In this document: piece by piece, positions 1-10,681 of the stretch
Numbering within the stretch: position 1 is the stretch's first letter
Layout: the number at the start of each line of letters is the position of its first letter
NCBI GenBank assembly: GCA_020348445.1
Contig: CP070751.1
Span: forward strand, 3,713,002-3,777,001
DNA from: Thermoplasmata archaeon
Lineage (GTDB): Archaea; Thermoplasmatota; Thermoplasmata; GCA-020350865
Direction: 5' to 3'
DNA length: 64,000 nucleotides
Translations under genes and position numbers: made by a program
The notes under the pieces: generated by a model
The model's input: the letters and a program-made list of their open reading frames with translations, nothing else
Told to the model about the DNA's origin: nothing
Database searches by the model: none

Positions 1-3000
1 TTGGAGACAAACGCCACATGGCTCAACTTGAATCCCTCAACTGGAATTCTGAGCGGGATACCAAATAATACTCATGTGGGATCATACTGGGTCAATGTTT
101 CGGTGGATGATGGAAACGGTGGAAAGGATTTCGTGAACTATTCCCTTTCTGTTCTGAACGTACAACCTATTATTACAATAACACCAGATGTTACAGCCCA
201 GGAGGATTTTTTACATTCTGATAATTTTGATTGTACCGATGAGGGTCAGGGAAATATCATATATTCCCTCACCACCGATGCGACATGGCTTATGATAAAT
301 CCTTCGACAGGCCTTTTAAATGGAACACCCAATAACACCCATGTTGGCTTTTATTTTGTCAATGTCACTGTTAATGACGGAAACGGAGGAATTGACAATA
401 TCAATTACACCATCACAGTTATAAACACTCTGCCAACCATAACTACCATTCCCATTCCTGTTGTGACTCAAGATATCCCCTATCATGATGATATTGATTG
501 CAATGATGATGGCCAGGGTACAATTATATATTCAATTGCCACAAATGCCACATGGTTCTTTTTCAATTCCACTACAGGCGAATTAAATGGCACGCCAAAC
601 AATACCCATCTTGGATCGTATTGGGTGAATGTGAGTGTGACAGACGGCAATGGAGGCATGGATTTTATAAATTATTCATTGACAGTGGATGATGTAAACG
701 ATCCTCCGATTATTACTACAACAAATATCGAATTTGTAGATGAGGATTCCCTATATTCAGTTGATTACGAGTACATCGATATTGACGATCCAGTTATGAC
801 ATGGTCCTTGTACACAAATTCCTCTTGGCTAGATATCGACACAAGTACAGGTGTACTGTCAGGAATCCCACAGAACGATGATGTGGGCTCGTGTTGGGTG
901 AATGTAACTGTAAATGACGGACGAGGAGGAACCGACTACACCAACTTCACAATAACAGTGAGCAACACCCCTCCGTCCATAATAAATACCCCTATAGAAT
1001 TCACAGATGAAGATGACTTTCATTTGGATGATTTTAATTGTGACGACGATTTTCAAGGTAATATAGTCTATTCGTTTATAACAAATGCCACCTGGTTAAA
1101 TATCGATTCCTTGACTGGAATAATAAGTGGGACTTCAAACAACACCCTTGTTGGATGGTATTGGGTAAATGTATCTGTTGAAGATGGAAATGGTGGAAGA
1201 GATTCTAGGAATTATACTTTAACAGTGTACAATACACTTCCTTTGATAACCACTACACCAGAAGAGGAAGCGTTCGAGGATACTCTACACGCCGATTATT
1301 TCATGTGCATTGATGACGACCAGGGCAATATCGTTTATTCCATGAAAACAAATGCAACATGGCTTGGTTTTGTTGCCGATAAGGGCATATTAAGTGGAAC
1401 TCCATATAACACTGAAGTTGGATGGTATTGGGTCAATGTAACAGTTAACGATGGAAACGGGGGTGTGGATTCCCTTAATTATACATTGACAGTACATAAT
1501 GTGCATCCTAACATAACTACGATACCCGATGCCACTGCTTCGGAAGATATACTCCACTTGGATAACTTCGATTGCGACGACGATGGCCAGGGCAACATCA
1601 TATATTCACTTGCAAGCAATGCAACTTGGCTCAATATAGATCCCATATCTGGTGTTGTGAACGTGGTCCCAATTAATCTTTATGTGGGTGAGTACTTTGT
1701 CAATGTCTCGGTTTCTGATGGGAACGGTGGAATCGACTTTGTCAATTATTCTCTTACTGTTTTCAATACTCAACCGCATATTACCAACACACCTGATGAT
1801 TTCGCAATTGAGGACATGCTTCATATAGATGATTTTAATTGTGATGATGATGGTCAAGGAAACATCACATATTATCTTGTCACGAATGCAACGTGGCTTA
1901 ATATTGATCCTGTTGAAGGCATTTTAAGCGGCACTCCCGACAATTCTCATGTAGGTTGGTTTTGGATCAATGTCAGTGTTAATGACGGTAATGGGGGTAT
2001 TGATTACAGGAACTACACATTGAACGTGTCAGACGTCAATGATCCACCTGTTATCACCACAATAGATCTTGAGTTTGCCCTGGAGGATTCCCTTTACTAT
2101 GTGGACTATGAATACATAGATGTAGACGACACAGCAGTTTCATGGTACCGTGACTCAAATGCATCATGGCTTACCATAAACTCCCAAACTGGTGAGCTTT
2201 CCGGTATTCCTGAAAACCATGAGGTGGGATGGTGCTGGGTCAATGTGACAGTCGATGATGGCAGGGGAGGCATAGCATTCTCGAACTTCACGATCACTGT
2301 AAACAATACGCCCCCTGCGATTACCAATACACCAATTGAACTTGTTGATGAAGACTTGACGTTTTTGGATGATTTTAACAGCAATGATGACGATCAGGGC
2401 AACATAATATATTCCATGGATACAAATGCGACATGGTTTGATATTGACAACATATCGGGTGTTTTAAGTGGACTTCCCAACAATAATCATGTGGGATGGT
2501 ACTGGATTAATGTTACAGTAAGTGACGGAAATGGCGGAATAGATTGGAGAAATTATACAATTACTGTGAATAACACCGTTCCACTGATAACAACGTTACC
2601 AACACCGATTTCCTATGAGGATTATCAGTATTTGGTGGACTTTAATTGCAATGACGACGGTCAGGGTGTGATTATCTATTATCTCAATACAAATGGCACT
2701 TGGCTTTCTATAGACGACATAACAGGCACCGTGATCGGAACACCCGTAAATAATGATGTGGGCTCCTATTGGATCAACGTCACTGTCATGGATGGCAACA
2801 GTGGGATGCATTCTGTCAACTACACTCTGACTGTGAACAACACCAACGATGCCCCAATCATAACCACTGGCAATTTGGAATTTGTTGATGAGGATTCCCT
2901 GTACCTGGTTGATTATGATTATTTTGATATCGACGGTGACATGGTTTCATGGAGTAGGAGCACCAACGCATCCTGGCTTTCGATCAATGAAAGTAATGGA

Positions 3001-4365
3001 GTATTGTCAGGTAGTCCGAGAAATGCGGATGTGGGATGGTACTGGGTAAACATTGTTGTAGATGACGGTAATGGTGGTTACAATAGTACATATTTCATAA
3101 TTCATGTCAACAATACAAATGATAAGCCCTCTATTCCTGTATTGTCTTACCCTCAGGACGATTCAGTGGTTAATACAACATATCCTGACTTTATCTGGGA
3201 TGCATCCATTGATCCTGATCGCGGAGATTATATTGTAGATTACACGTTGGAGTATTCCACGAGTTCTGCTTTTACCGAGAACATAACAGTTGTCACTGCT
3301 ATAGTCGATACATCTTATGTCCCAGAGATAGAATTAATGGATAAAACATGGTACTACTGGCGTGTGGAAGCCTTTGATTCCTTGGGTGTGGGAAGTGGTT
3401 ATCAAACACCTTATTTTGCATTTTTCGTTGATATAGGATATAAGGAGCCAAGATACAAAGGAACATTGAAAAGCGCTCAAGTGAAATTTGGGGGTACTTG
3501 GAGTGTGGATTTGGATGATCATTTTATACTCGGCTCCATAACCGAGGGTCTTTCGTTCACATCAAATTACGGAGAGATCCAAATCGATCCGAAAACCCAT
3601 GTGGCAACTTGGAAACCTAAAACCAAGGATGATGTTCTTACTGATGTTGTCTTTACCATGTCAGACGGTAAAGTAGATATCAGCTCCAATCCTATAGATA
3701 TCTCAGTGGAACAGGAGAAGACCTCTTTATCCTTCCTGGAAAGAATTTACTGGCCCTATCCCTTGATTCCCATGATATTCTTTATTCTTTTGGGATGTGC
3801 ATTTGCAGTCAAGAGATATAAAGAAAGGCCTGTTGTGGAGGAAGTTTTTTTCATATCTGAAAACGGCAGACTCATTGCCCATGCATCTGTTAAGGTGGAC
3901 GAGGAGATAGACGAGGACATCTTAAGCAGTATGTTAACAGGGGTCAAGGACTTTGTTAGCGATGCATTCATAAGAGACGAGAGTATGCGGGAGGAAAAAG
4001 GCCTTCAAAAACTTGAATTTGGTGAGGAGACCATATATCTTGAAAGGGGAGAACATTTCTTTATTGCCCTCATATTCACTGGCAGGGGCATCCCACCTAA
4101 ACTGAAAGCCGTGAAGGAGGAGATTGAAAAAAGGTTTGGGGATGTACTTGAGGATTGGGACGGCGATATGAGGGCCTTCGAAGGTGCGCATGAGATCATT
4201 TCCTGGCTGTTACCTCTGGAGAAAATGACTGAAGAGCAGAAAAAGAAGCTCAAGGAAGGAAAGGGGAAGGACAAGGTATTGGAAAAATGGGAGAACATTG
4301 ATGAAGAGTTTGCTGAGGTTGACATTTCCATGGAGGAATTAAGAAAAGAGATGGGTTGGAAGTAG
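1..4365 (+). CDS. Large cell-surface protein (5'-partial): 12 cadherin-like/putative-Ig repeats, one TM helix, cytoplasmic roadblock/longin-like tail
   Basis: ~90-aa repeats W.NV.V.DG(N/R)GG; TM at IYWPYPLIPMIFFILLGCAFAV; tail EEVFFISENGRLIAH...DILSSMLTGVKDFVSDAF. Confidence 0.8.
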   Translation: METNATWLNLNPSTGILSGIPNNTHVGSYWVNVSVDDGNGGKDFVNYSLSVLNVQPIITITPDVTAQEDFLHSDNFDCTDEGQGNIIYSLTTDATWLMINPSTGLLNGTPNNTHVGFYFVNVTVNDGNGGIDNINYTITVINTLPTITTIPIPVVTQDIPYHDDIDCNDDGQGTIIYSIATNATWFFFNSTTGELNGTPNNTHLGSYWVNVSVTDGNGGMDFINYSLTVDDVNDPPIITTTNIEFVDEDSLYSVDYEYIDIDDPVMTWSLYTNSSWLDIDTSTGVLSGIPQNDDVGSCWVNVTVNDGRGGTDYTNFTITVSNTPPSIINTPIEFTDEDDFHLDDFNCDDDFQGNIVYSFITNATWLNIDSLTGIISGTSNNTLVGWYWVNVSVEDGNGGRDSRNYTLTVYNTLPLITTTPEEEAFEDTLHADYFMCIDDDQGNIVYSMKTNATWLGFVADKGILSGTPYNTEVGWYWVNVTVNDGNGGVDSLNYTLTVHNVHPNITTIPDATASEDILHLDNFDCDDDGQGNIIYSLASNATWLNIDPISGVVNVVPINLYVGEYFVNVSVSDGNGGIDFVNYSLTVFNTQPHITNTPDDFAIEDMLHIDDFNCDDDGQGNITYYLVTNATWLNIDPVEGILSGTPDNSHVGWFWINVSVNDGNGGIDYRNYTLNVSDVNDPPVITTIDLEFALEDSLYYVDYEYIDVDDTAVSWYRDSNASWLTINSQTGELSGIPENHEVGWCWVNVTVDDGRGGIAFSNFTITVNNTPPAITNTPIELVDEDLTFLDDFNSNDDDQGNIIYSMDTNATWFDIDNISGVLSGLPNNNHVGWYWINVTVSDGNGGIDWRNYTITVNNTVPLITTLPTPISYEDYQYLVDFNCNDDGQGVIIYYLNTNGTWLSIDDITGTVIGTPVNNDVGSYWINVTVMDGNSGMHSVNYTLTVNNTNDAPIITTGNLEFVDEDSLYLVDYDYFDIDGDMVSWSRSTNASWLSINESNGVLSGSPRNADVGWYWVNIVVDDGNGGYNSTYFIIHVNNTNDKPSIPVLSYPQDDSVVNTTYPDFIWDASIDPDRGDYIVDYTLEYSTSSAFTENITVVTAIVDTSYVPEIELMDKTWYYWRVEAFDSLGVGSGYQTPYFAFFVDIGYKEPRYKGTLKSAQVKFGGTWSVDLDDHFILGSITEGLSFTSNYGEIQIDPKTHVATWKPKTKDDVLTDVVFTMSDGKVDISSNPIDISVEQEKTSLSFLERIYWPYPLIPMIFFILLGCAFAVKRYKERPVVEEVFFISENGRLIAHASVKVDEEIDEDILSSMLTGVKDFVSDAFIRDESMREEKGLQKLEFGEETIYLERGEHFFIALIFTGRGIPPKLKAVKEEIEKRFGDVLEDWDGDMRAFEGAHEIISWLLPLEKMTEEQKKKLKEGKGKDKVLEKWENIDEEFAEVDISMEELRKEMGWK

Positions 4366-4473
4366 TATCTTGGTTCTCAGCCTTTAAATGAACTCGTTTA
4401 TCTGTTTTTTATTGATGGTAATAAATCGTAGAAAACTTATATTGGTAGCACGATTACCCAAAGAAGTGATACC

Positions 4474-4887
4474 ATGGAAACCATTACCAGAGTGGGTGTG
4501 TCCTTTGAGCCAGAACTGCTTAAAAAATTCGATGCTTTAATTTGGGAAAAAGGATACTCAAGCAGATCAGAGGCCATAAGAGATCTGGTTAGAAAATCCA
4601 TACTGGACTCTGAGGTCAAGGACGAAAGAAGTGATGTAATAGGGACTTTGACGATCATATATGATCACGATGTGGGAGATGTCACCAATAAACTACTTCA
4701 CATCCAACATCACCATCATTCCGAGATCTCCTCCACAACACATTTGCATATAGATGAGCACCTGTGCCTTGAGGTATTGGTGGTTAAAGGAAAGGCCAAG
4801 GACGTAAGAGCTCTTTCTGACAACATAAAAGCTGTAAAGGGTGTGAAACACGGAGAATTGGTGATCACAAGTCGAAAAATTAAATGA
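4474..4887 (+). CDS. nikR: Nickel-responsive regulator NikR
   Basis: RHH N-terminus (RVGVSF...SRSEAIRDL) and His-rich ACT domain (HIQHHHH, HLHIDEHLCLE). Confidence 0.95.
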   Translation: METITRVGVSFEPELLKKFDALIWEKGYSSRSEAIRDLVRKSILDSEVKDERSDVIGTLTIIYDHDVGDVTNKLLHIQHHHHSEISSTTHLHIDEHLCLEVLVVKGKAKDVRALSDNIKAVKGVKHGELVITSRKIK

Positions 4888-4933
4888 TTATTCAAACTGG
4901 ATAAATAAAAAGATGTTTTTAATGGTAAACTGT

Positions 4934-5239
4934 CTACTTCATGGCTTCAGCTATCTCTTTTTTGAGCTCCTCTTCAGATTTTCCCTCTGTCTCGATTCCG
5001 AGCTCTTTTGCGGCCTTTACTATGTCTTTTTCCTCCTTCTTCTCTTGCTTGGCCTCTTCTTCTTTTTTTGCATCTTTGGCCTTTTCCTCTTTGATTTCCC
5101 TCTCGATATCCATTTTTCCCCGCTCAAATTCACCCTTTGCCCTTCCTAGGCTTCTCGCTAGTTCTGGTAGTTTCTTTGCGCCAAATATAAGGATTACTAT
5201 GACAAAGACGATTATGAGTATTTCGCCCATACCGAGCAT
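4934..5239 (-). CDS. tatA: Twin-arginine translocase TatA
   Basis: GMGEILII...LIFGAKKLPELARSLGRAKGEF motif. Confidence 0.93.
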   Translation of the reverse strand: MLGMGEILIIVFVIVILIFGAKKLPELARSLGRAKGEFERGKMDIEREIKEEKAKDAKKEEEAKQEKKEEKDIVKAAKELGIETEGKSEEELKKEIAEAMK

Positions 5240-5283
5240 TTCATCAGCCTCTTATACCATATGTGCTATATCATTCCCTCTTT

Positions 5284-6123
5284 TTAACCTTTTTGCAGGC
5301 GTTTAGCGATCAAATATCCGATAACATACAATAACATCATGGGTATGGCCACGATAAGCTGGGTTATTCCGCTTCCATCAGGGGTTACAATTGCTCCAAA
5401 TATCACCATTCCAACAAAAGCGTATCTCCAATTTTCACGCCAGAACTGGGCAGAAACCACCCCCAATCGCGTTAATCCCACCATGATTATAGGCAGCTCG
5501 AAGACCAGGCCATAGGCTATAAGAAATATTATCACGAAGGAGATAAATGATTCTAGGGATAAAAATGGCTGAATATCCATTGCAAATGCAAAGCCGTACA
5601 GAAAATCGATTGTAAATGGAATTATTATAAAATAGGCAAAGGCACAACCCAAGGCAAACAGGAATGTGGCAGGAAAGGCGGTCTTGATTAAAATGGCCTT
5701 CTCGTGGGGGTAGAGCCCTGGAGCCACGAACTTACCCAACTGGTACACGATCATGGGCATCCCGAACAGGATTCCGAGAAACAATGATATCTCAAGCTGG
5801 ACTACAACTGGATCCGCTATTCCAATGGGGATTAGCTGAATTCTGGGATCCCTAATCAAATCATTTCTTATTTGGTTGAAAACCAGGGTATTGATGTTGT
5901 CATACAGTTCCGGAAAAGGGTAATATAATGTAATTCCACCCACACTGACCTCTCTCAATCCAAAAATGAAGCAGAAAATAGCAATTGCACAAACTGTTGC
6001 AAGACAATAGATTATGCGCTTTCTCAACTCCTCCAAGTGTTCCCAAAAGCTCATTTCTGCCTTTTTATTATTCATCTTCTTTACAACGCCCCCTTTGCGA
6101 ATTGGTAAATAAATAACTTCCAT
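5284..6123 (-). CDS. tatC: Twin-arginine translocase TatC (probable start near 6075)
   Basis: MSFWEHLEELRKRI, FELPI, AIVTPDG motifs. Confidence 0.93.
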   Translation of the reverse strand: MEVIYLPIRKGGVVKKMNNKKAEMSFWEHLEELRKRIIYCLATVCAIAIFCFIFGLREVSVGGITLYYPFPELYDNINTLVFNQIRNDLIRDPRIQLIPIGIADPVVVQLEISLFLGILFGMPMIVYQLGKFVAPGLYPHEKAILIKTAFPATFLFALGCAFAYFIIIPFTIDFLYGFAFAMDIQPFLSLESFISFVIIFLIAYGLVFELPIIMVGLTRLGVVSAQFWRENWRYAFVGMVIFGAIVTPDGSGITQLIVAIPMMLLYVIGYLIAKRLQKG

Positions 6124-6230
6124 TAATAGTTTTGGAAAGCCTTTTTATCGATTGTCTTTATGCTGGGTATCCCAATTTATTGGATAACGTACTTATACCC
6201 TTAGAATATTAGGGTTTCGAGATTGAAAAC

Positions 6231-6881
6231 ATGCACAAAACAGTGGATATATCAGTTGAAGAAGATATCTTAAAGGCCAACAGGGAAATCGCCTTGGAAA
6301 ATGCAACTTTGTTAAAGAAATATGGCGTATATTCAATAGATTTCATGGGTTCCATTGGATCAGGTAAAACCCTCTTAATCGAGAGGATCTTGGAGATATT
6401 GGGGGAAAAAGGGAAGAAAGGGGCGGCAATAGCAGGGGATGTAGCAGGTGATGACGATTATAAACGCATCTTGCATCATGATGTTCCCGCAGTTTCCCTG
6501 AACACAGGAAAGGAATGTCATCTTGACGCCCACTTGGTGTCCCATGCATTGGAGGATTTGGATTTTAAGGGTGTTGACGTCCTTTTCATAGAGAACGTCG
6601 GCAATCTCGTATGCCCAATGGACTTTCCCTTGGGCACAGATAAAAGGGCAGTTGTTATCTCTGTTACTGAAGGGGATGATATGGTAAGAAAGCATCCTGC
6701 CATATTTGGTCTGGCAGATGTTATCGTTATCAATAAGATCGACTTGGCTGACATCATGGAGGTTGATATTAAGAGGATCGAAAGCGATGCTAAAAAAATC
6801 AATCCGCATACCAAAATTTGCCAAACAGATGCAAAGCACGGGGTAGGAATCAAGAAATTGATGTCAGAATTGGAAATCTAG
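6231..6881 (+). CDS. hypB: Hydrogenase nickel incorporation GTPase HypB
   Basis: GSIGSGKT, ECHLDAH, ENVGNLVCP, NKID motifs. Confidence 0.95.
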   Translation: MHKTVDISVEEDILKANREIALENATLLKKYGVYSIDFMGSIGSGKTLLIERILEILGEKGKKGAAIAGDVAGDDDYKRILHHDVPAVSLNTGKECHLDAHLVSHALEDLDFKGVDVLFIENVGNLVCPMDFPLGTDKRAVVISVTEGDDMVRKHPAIFGLADVIVINKIDLADIMEVDIKRIESDAKKINPHTKICQTDAKHGVGIKKLMSELEI

Positions 6882-6891
6882 GTTTGAGGAT

Positions 6892-9126
6892 ATGAGGATA
6901 GTCTTTTATGGTTTGGTTCAGGGCGTTGGCTTTCGACCTGCTGTTTATCGAGTGGCAAAATCCCTGGGATTAAAGGGTTATATTAGGAATAATGGCTCCA
7001 ATGTGGAGGTCGTGGTGGATAAAAATCACGAGAAACTGATTGAACATTTGAAATCAGAGCTTCCCCCCCTTGCTGAAATCACGCGAATGGAATTTGATGA
7101 TGGCTTTCGGGGATTGGAATATCAGGATTTCAGTATTGTGTTTAGCGAGGATGGTGAGCGAAGCTCTGTTATTCCCACGGACACTGCCATCTGCGATGAT
7201 TGTCTGTCTGAACTGTTTGATGAGACGGATAGAAGATATCTTTACCCTTTTATAAATTGTACAAACTGTGGGGCGCGCTTCTCAGCCATAGAATCCGTAC
7301 CCTACGACAGGATAAATACTTCAATGAATCCCTTTAAACTGTGTGAGAAGTGCCAGGGTGAATATGACATACCATCTGATAGGCGGTTTTATGCCCAAAC
7401 CATATCCTGCAAGGACGACGGCCCACATTTTACTCTGTATGGAAAGGATGAGAAGGTAATCAAAACCGATAATGCAATCGAACATTTTGCTGAGCAAATC
7501 GATTCCGGAGCCATTGGGGTTCTTAAAAGCTGGGGCGGGATGCACCTAATCTGCAATCTCGAGGTTCTTTCCCGGTTCAGGGAATGGTATTCCCGGCCTG
7601 AAAAGCCCTTTGCCGTGATGGCCCGGAATATAAATGCCGCAAGGGAGCTTGCCGAGATATCTTCCTTTGACAAAGAACTCCTTTTATCCCTTCAAAGGCC
7701 CATTGTTATCGTGCAAAAAAGAGAAGATCGCAGGGATGATTACCTCTTGGACCTGGTATCACCTAAATTGGATAATATCGGCATATATTTACCTTACTCT
7801 TCAATCCAGCATCTGTTGTTTCTGTACCTGAAAAAAGATGCAATAATCATGACGTCCGCAAATCCCCCTGGAGAGCCCATTGTAATAGACAATGAGGGGG
7901 TTTTTAAACTGGGTGTGGATGTTTACATGCTTCATAACAGGAACATAATAAATCGAATCGATGATTCAGTTCTGATTCCCTTCGAGGGCAGGACATTTTT
8001 TATTAGAAAATCAAGGGGTTTTGTCCCCAAGGAATTGAATCCCCATCATGATAAAAAGGTTGTAGCAGTGGGTCCTGAGGAAAATCTGACAACTTCTGTT
8101 GCCTTTGGTGGAAAAATGTACACGAGCCAGTACATCGGGGATGTAAGAAAATACAACGTTTATGACTTCCAAAGATCTGCTACATATCATCTAATGAATT
8201 TGTTTGGTATTACAGAAGTGGATGCAATAGGTGCTGATTTACATCCCCTTTACACATCCCGTCACTTTGCCTCTGAGTTGGGTGAGAAATATGAAGCCGA
8301 GGTAATTGAGGTGCAGCATCACTGGGCCCATGCAGTCTCGTTGATGGTGGACAATGATATCTCAGATGAGATAGTATGTTTGACACTTGATGGAGCAGGA
8401 TACGGTTCAGACGGGAATATCTGGGGTGGTGAGGTCCTTTTGTCCTCCTTTACTGATTTTACTAGAATAGCTAGATTGGAGTACCTTCCTTTAATTGGGG
8501 GAGATAAAGCTGTATCCGACCCTAGAAGGCTGGTTTTTGCAATTTCAGAGAAACTCGGGATTGAAACTGATTATTTCGACGATGAAACTGCCTCTGTTTT
8601 TAGGAAAGCCCTGAAAAACAGCCCAATAAGCTGTAGCTTAGGGCGCTTTCTTGATGCAATCTCCTGTTATCTCGGAGTATGCTGTGAAAAGACCTATGAC
8701 GGTGAACCTGCGATAAAGCTGGAGAGATATCTAAATAGAGGCAAGAGAAAGTTCGATTTCAAGGGTGGGGTAAAAGATTCTGAGGTTCAGGTGGTAGAGA
8801 CTCTCCCTCTTTTTGAGCAGTTATTTGAATACTGTAAAAATGGCGATCTTACTGACCAAGATAAGTACAATCTGGCATATTCCATGGTCGCTGCTGTCCT
8901 CGAGTCCATGGTTGAGATAGCTGTAGATAGGGCCAAGGAACTGAATATTCCCATAATTGGAATAACAGGGGGCGTGGCCTATAATCTTCCCATTGTTCGA
9001 ATTATCAATTATGGGGTAAAAAAGGGGGATTTGACCCTCGTAACCCACAATAATGTCCCATGCGGCGATGGCGGGATATCCGTCGGGCAGAATGCAATTG
9101 CCGGTAATATTTTAAGGAGCAAATAA
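6892..9126 (+). CDS. hypF: Carbamoyltransferase HypF
   Basis: Acylphosphatase GLVQGVGFRP, Zn fingers, QHHWAH, PCGDGGISVGQ. Confidence 0.96.
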   Translation: MRIVFYGLVQGVGFRPAVYRVAKSLGLKGYIRNNGSNVEVVVDKNHEKLIEHLKSELPPLAEITRMEFDDGFRGLEYQDFSIVFSEDGERSSVIPTDTAICDDCLSELFDETDRRYLYPFINCTNCGARFSAIESVPYDRINTSMNPFKLCEKCQGEYDIPSDRRFYAQTISCKDDGPHFTLYGKDEKVIKTDNAIEHFAEQIDSGAIGVLKSWGGMHLICNLEVLSRFREWYSRPEKPFAVMARNINAARELAEISSFDKELLLSLQRPIVIVQKREDRRDDYLLDLVSPKLDNIGIYLPYSSIQHLLFLYLKKDAIIMTSANPPGEPIVIDNEGVFKLGVDVYMLHNRNIINRIDDSVLIPFEGRTFFIRKSRGFVPKELNPHHDKKVVAVGPEENLTTSVAFGGKMYTSQYIGDVRKYNVYDFQRSATYHLMNLFGITEVDAIGADLHPLYTSRHFASELGEKYEAEVIEVQHHWAHAVSLMVDNDISDEIVCLTLDGAGYGSDGNIWGGEVLLSSFTDFTRIARLEYLPLIGGDKAVSDPRRLVFAISEKLGIETDYFDDETASVFRKALKNSPISCSLGRFLDAISCYLGVCCEKTYDGEPAIKLERYLNRGKRKFDFKGGVKDSEVQVVETLPLFEQLFEYCKNGDLTDQDKYNLAYSMVAAVLESMVEIAVDRAKELNIPIIGITGGVAYNLPIVRIINYGVKKGDLTLVTHNNVPCGDGGISVGQNAIAGNILRSK

Positions 9127-9224
9127 TGGAATTTCCCTCGATTGCGAATTTCTCCTCTGATAATGAGAGGGAAAATGTTATATTCTATACCAATTGTTTT
9201 TTCGCCAAATAAGGAGGTTTCCAT

Positions 9225-9440
9225 ATGGGACACAGAATAGGAAAAGAGAAAATTACACGTGAGCCAGGATTTTTGTACTATGTAGGTAAAGACGGATATG
9301 TATGGCGCGCACCAATGAAGACCAACAAGCGCGGCAGAAAGAAGAAAGTCGGATCCGAGAGGATCAAGAAGCGAAAGGGATATATGTACTATCTCGACAA
9401 AAGAGGATATGTTGGCGAAGCCAAGATGGCAAGAAAATAA
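9225..9440 (+). CDS. Small basic protein with internal duplication
   Basis: SD GGAGG; two similar halves (GFLYYVGKDGYV / GYMYYLDKRGYV); Lys/Arg-rich. Confidence 0.75.
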   Translation: MGHRIGKEKITREPGFLYYVGKDGYVWRAPMKTNKRGRKKKVGSERIKKRKGYMYYLDKRGYVGEAKMARK

Positions 9441-9575
9441 AGAATGCCTATCCAAAATCCTTTTTCTAAATTATTAGGCTCTCTACACTTCGAAATTTCG
9501 CCATACATCAAATAAAATAGGAAAAATGCTCGAGCAAAAAGCAGGTTGCAAATCCTCAACCTGTATAATTTTTTT

Positions 9576-9878
9576 TTATTTTTTACAAATACATGATCTC
9601 ATTTCATCTATATCGCAGAACGTTTCAAAAAATGTGTTTATATGGGCTTCAAGCTGTTTTTGCCCCCTTTTTGTAAGGGAGTAGCGCTTATTTTTATCGA
9701 CAGATAAAAGGCCTTTGTCCTTTAGATCTTTTAGAACAGGGTAGATTGTTCCCGGGCTTGGTTTGTGTCCCTTTCTCTTTTCAAGCTCAATTGCTATCTC
9801 GGCCCCGGTCATGCTCTTTTTACTGATAAGCCAAAGAATAAGGAAATTCAAGAAACCTTTCATCTGACAATGTGTCAT
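9576..9878 (-). CDS. PadR-family transcriptional regulator
   Basis: wHTH with PSPGTIYPVLKDL...YSLTKRG. Confidence 0.88.
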   Translation of the reverse strand: MTHCQMKGFLNFLILWLISKKSMTGAEIAIELEKRKGHKPSPGTIYPVLKDLKDKGLLSVDKNKRYSLTKRGQKQLEAHINTFFETFCDIDEMRSCICKK

Positions 9879-9887
9879 CGCTCAATG

Positions 9888-9990
9888 TATCGGAAAAACG
9901 ATATTAAAACGTTTGGTATTATCAAAAAGTATCGGAAAACCGATATGTTTATATAGAAGCTATCGCATATCCGATATCGGAAACCCGATA
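9888..9990. promoter_or_regulatory. Three palindromic boxes TATCGG-N4-(C/A)CGATA, likely PadR operators
   Basis: Copies at 9888-9903, 9930-9945 and 9975-9990 between divergent genes. Confidence 0.65.
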
Positions 9991-10011
9991 TAAGCTATGG
10001 AGGTGAAAAAA

Positions 10012-10152
10012 ATGACACATGGAATGTGTTGCGGAAGACAGTTCCTCACATCCGAGGAAAAGATAGAAAAACTTGAAGAATACAAAAAATGGCTGGACAA
10101 TGAAAGCAAGGGTGTTGAGGAAGCAATCGAAAAACTAAAAGAGGCCAGTTAA
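10012..10152 (+). CDS. 46-aa protein MTHGMCCGRQFLTSEEKIEKLEEYKKWLDNESKGVEEAIEKLKEAS (below ORF-track cutoff)
   Basis: Strong SD GGAGGTGA; open frame; CCG motif plus coiled-coil-like tail. Confidence 0.75.
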   Translation: MTHGMCCGRQFLTSEEKIEKLEEYKKWLDNESKGVEEAIEKLKEAS

Positions 10153-10243
10153 TTCTGGCCCTTATATTTTTATTTACATTTGACGAGATTTGGTTACATT
10201 CTATGCGAAGAAAATATAAATAAGGATGTCAATGAGCTAATTA

Positions 10244-10639
10244 ATGGATGGAAAACTTATATTCATATACAACGCTGATTCAGGCATCATCAGCTCTGTT
10301 TCGGATTACTTTCACAAGATAGTAAAACCTGATACATACCAATGCAATCTCTGCGCCTTGACTTATGGGAATCTGGGTATGAAGACCCAATGGAAGGATT
10401 TTATCGAGAATCTTGAGATTTCAGTGGAGTTTTTCCACAAGGACGAGTTCAAATCAAAATATCCCTGGGAAAAGGCAAAATTCCCTTCTGCCTACATTTT
10501 CAAGGACTCGGAATTATATCTCTTGATCGCCCAAAAGGATATGAACCAATTGCACACATTGGATGAGCTCATTAACCTGGTAAATGAGAAGTTAAAGGAG
10601 TTTAAGGATAAGCAGGATGATTACTGCCTTTTAAAATAG
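10244..10639 (+). CDS. Conserved hypothetical protein, possibly thioredoxin-like fold
   Basis: LIFIYNADSG...YQCNLCALTYG (CxxC-like) motif. Confidence 0.65.
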   Translation: MDGKLIFIYNADSGIISSVSDYFHKIVKPDTYQCNLCALTYGNLGMKTQWKDFIENLEISVEFFHKDEFKSKYPWEKAKFPSAYIFKDSELYLLIAQKDMNQLHTLDELINLVNEKLKEFKDKQDDYCLLK

Positions 10640-10681
10640 TTGATGACCCTATTATGAATGCCAATCCATCAAGTAATTTGA

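Noticed and set aside
4424-4455. AATCGT-N20-ACGATT as a NikR operator
   Set aside because: Only 6-bp arms in AT-rich DNA; plausible but not distinguishable from chance
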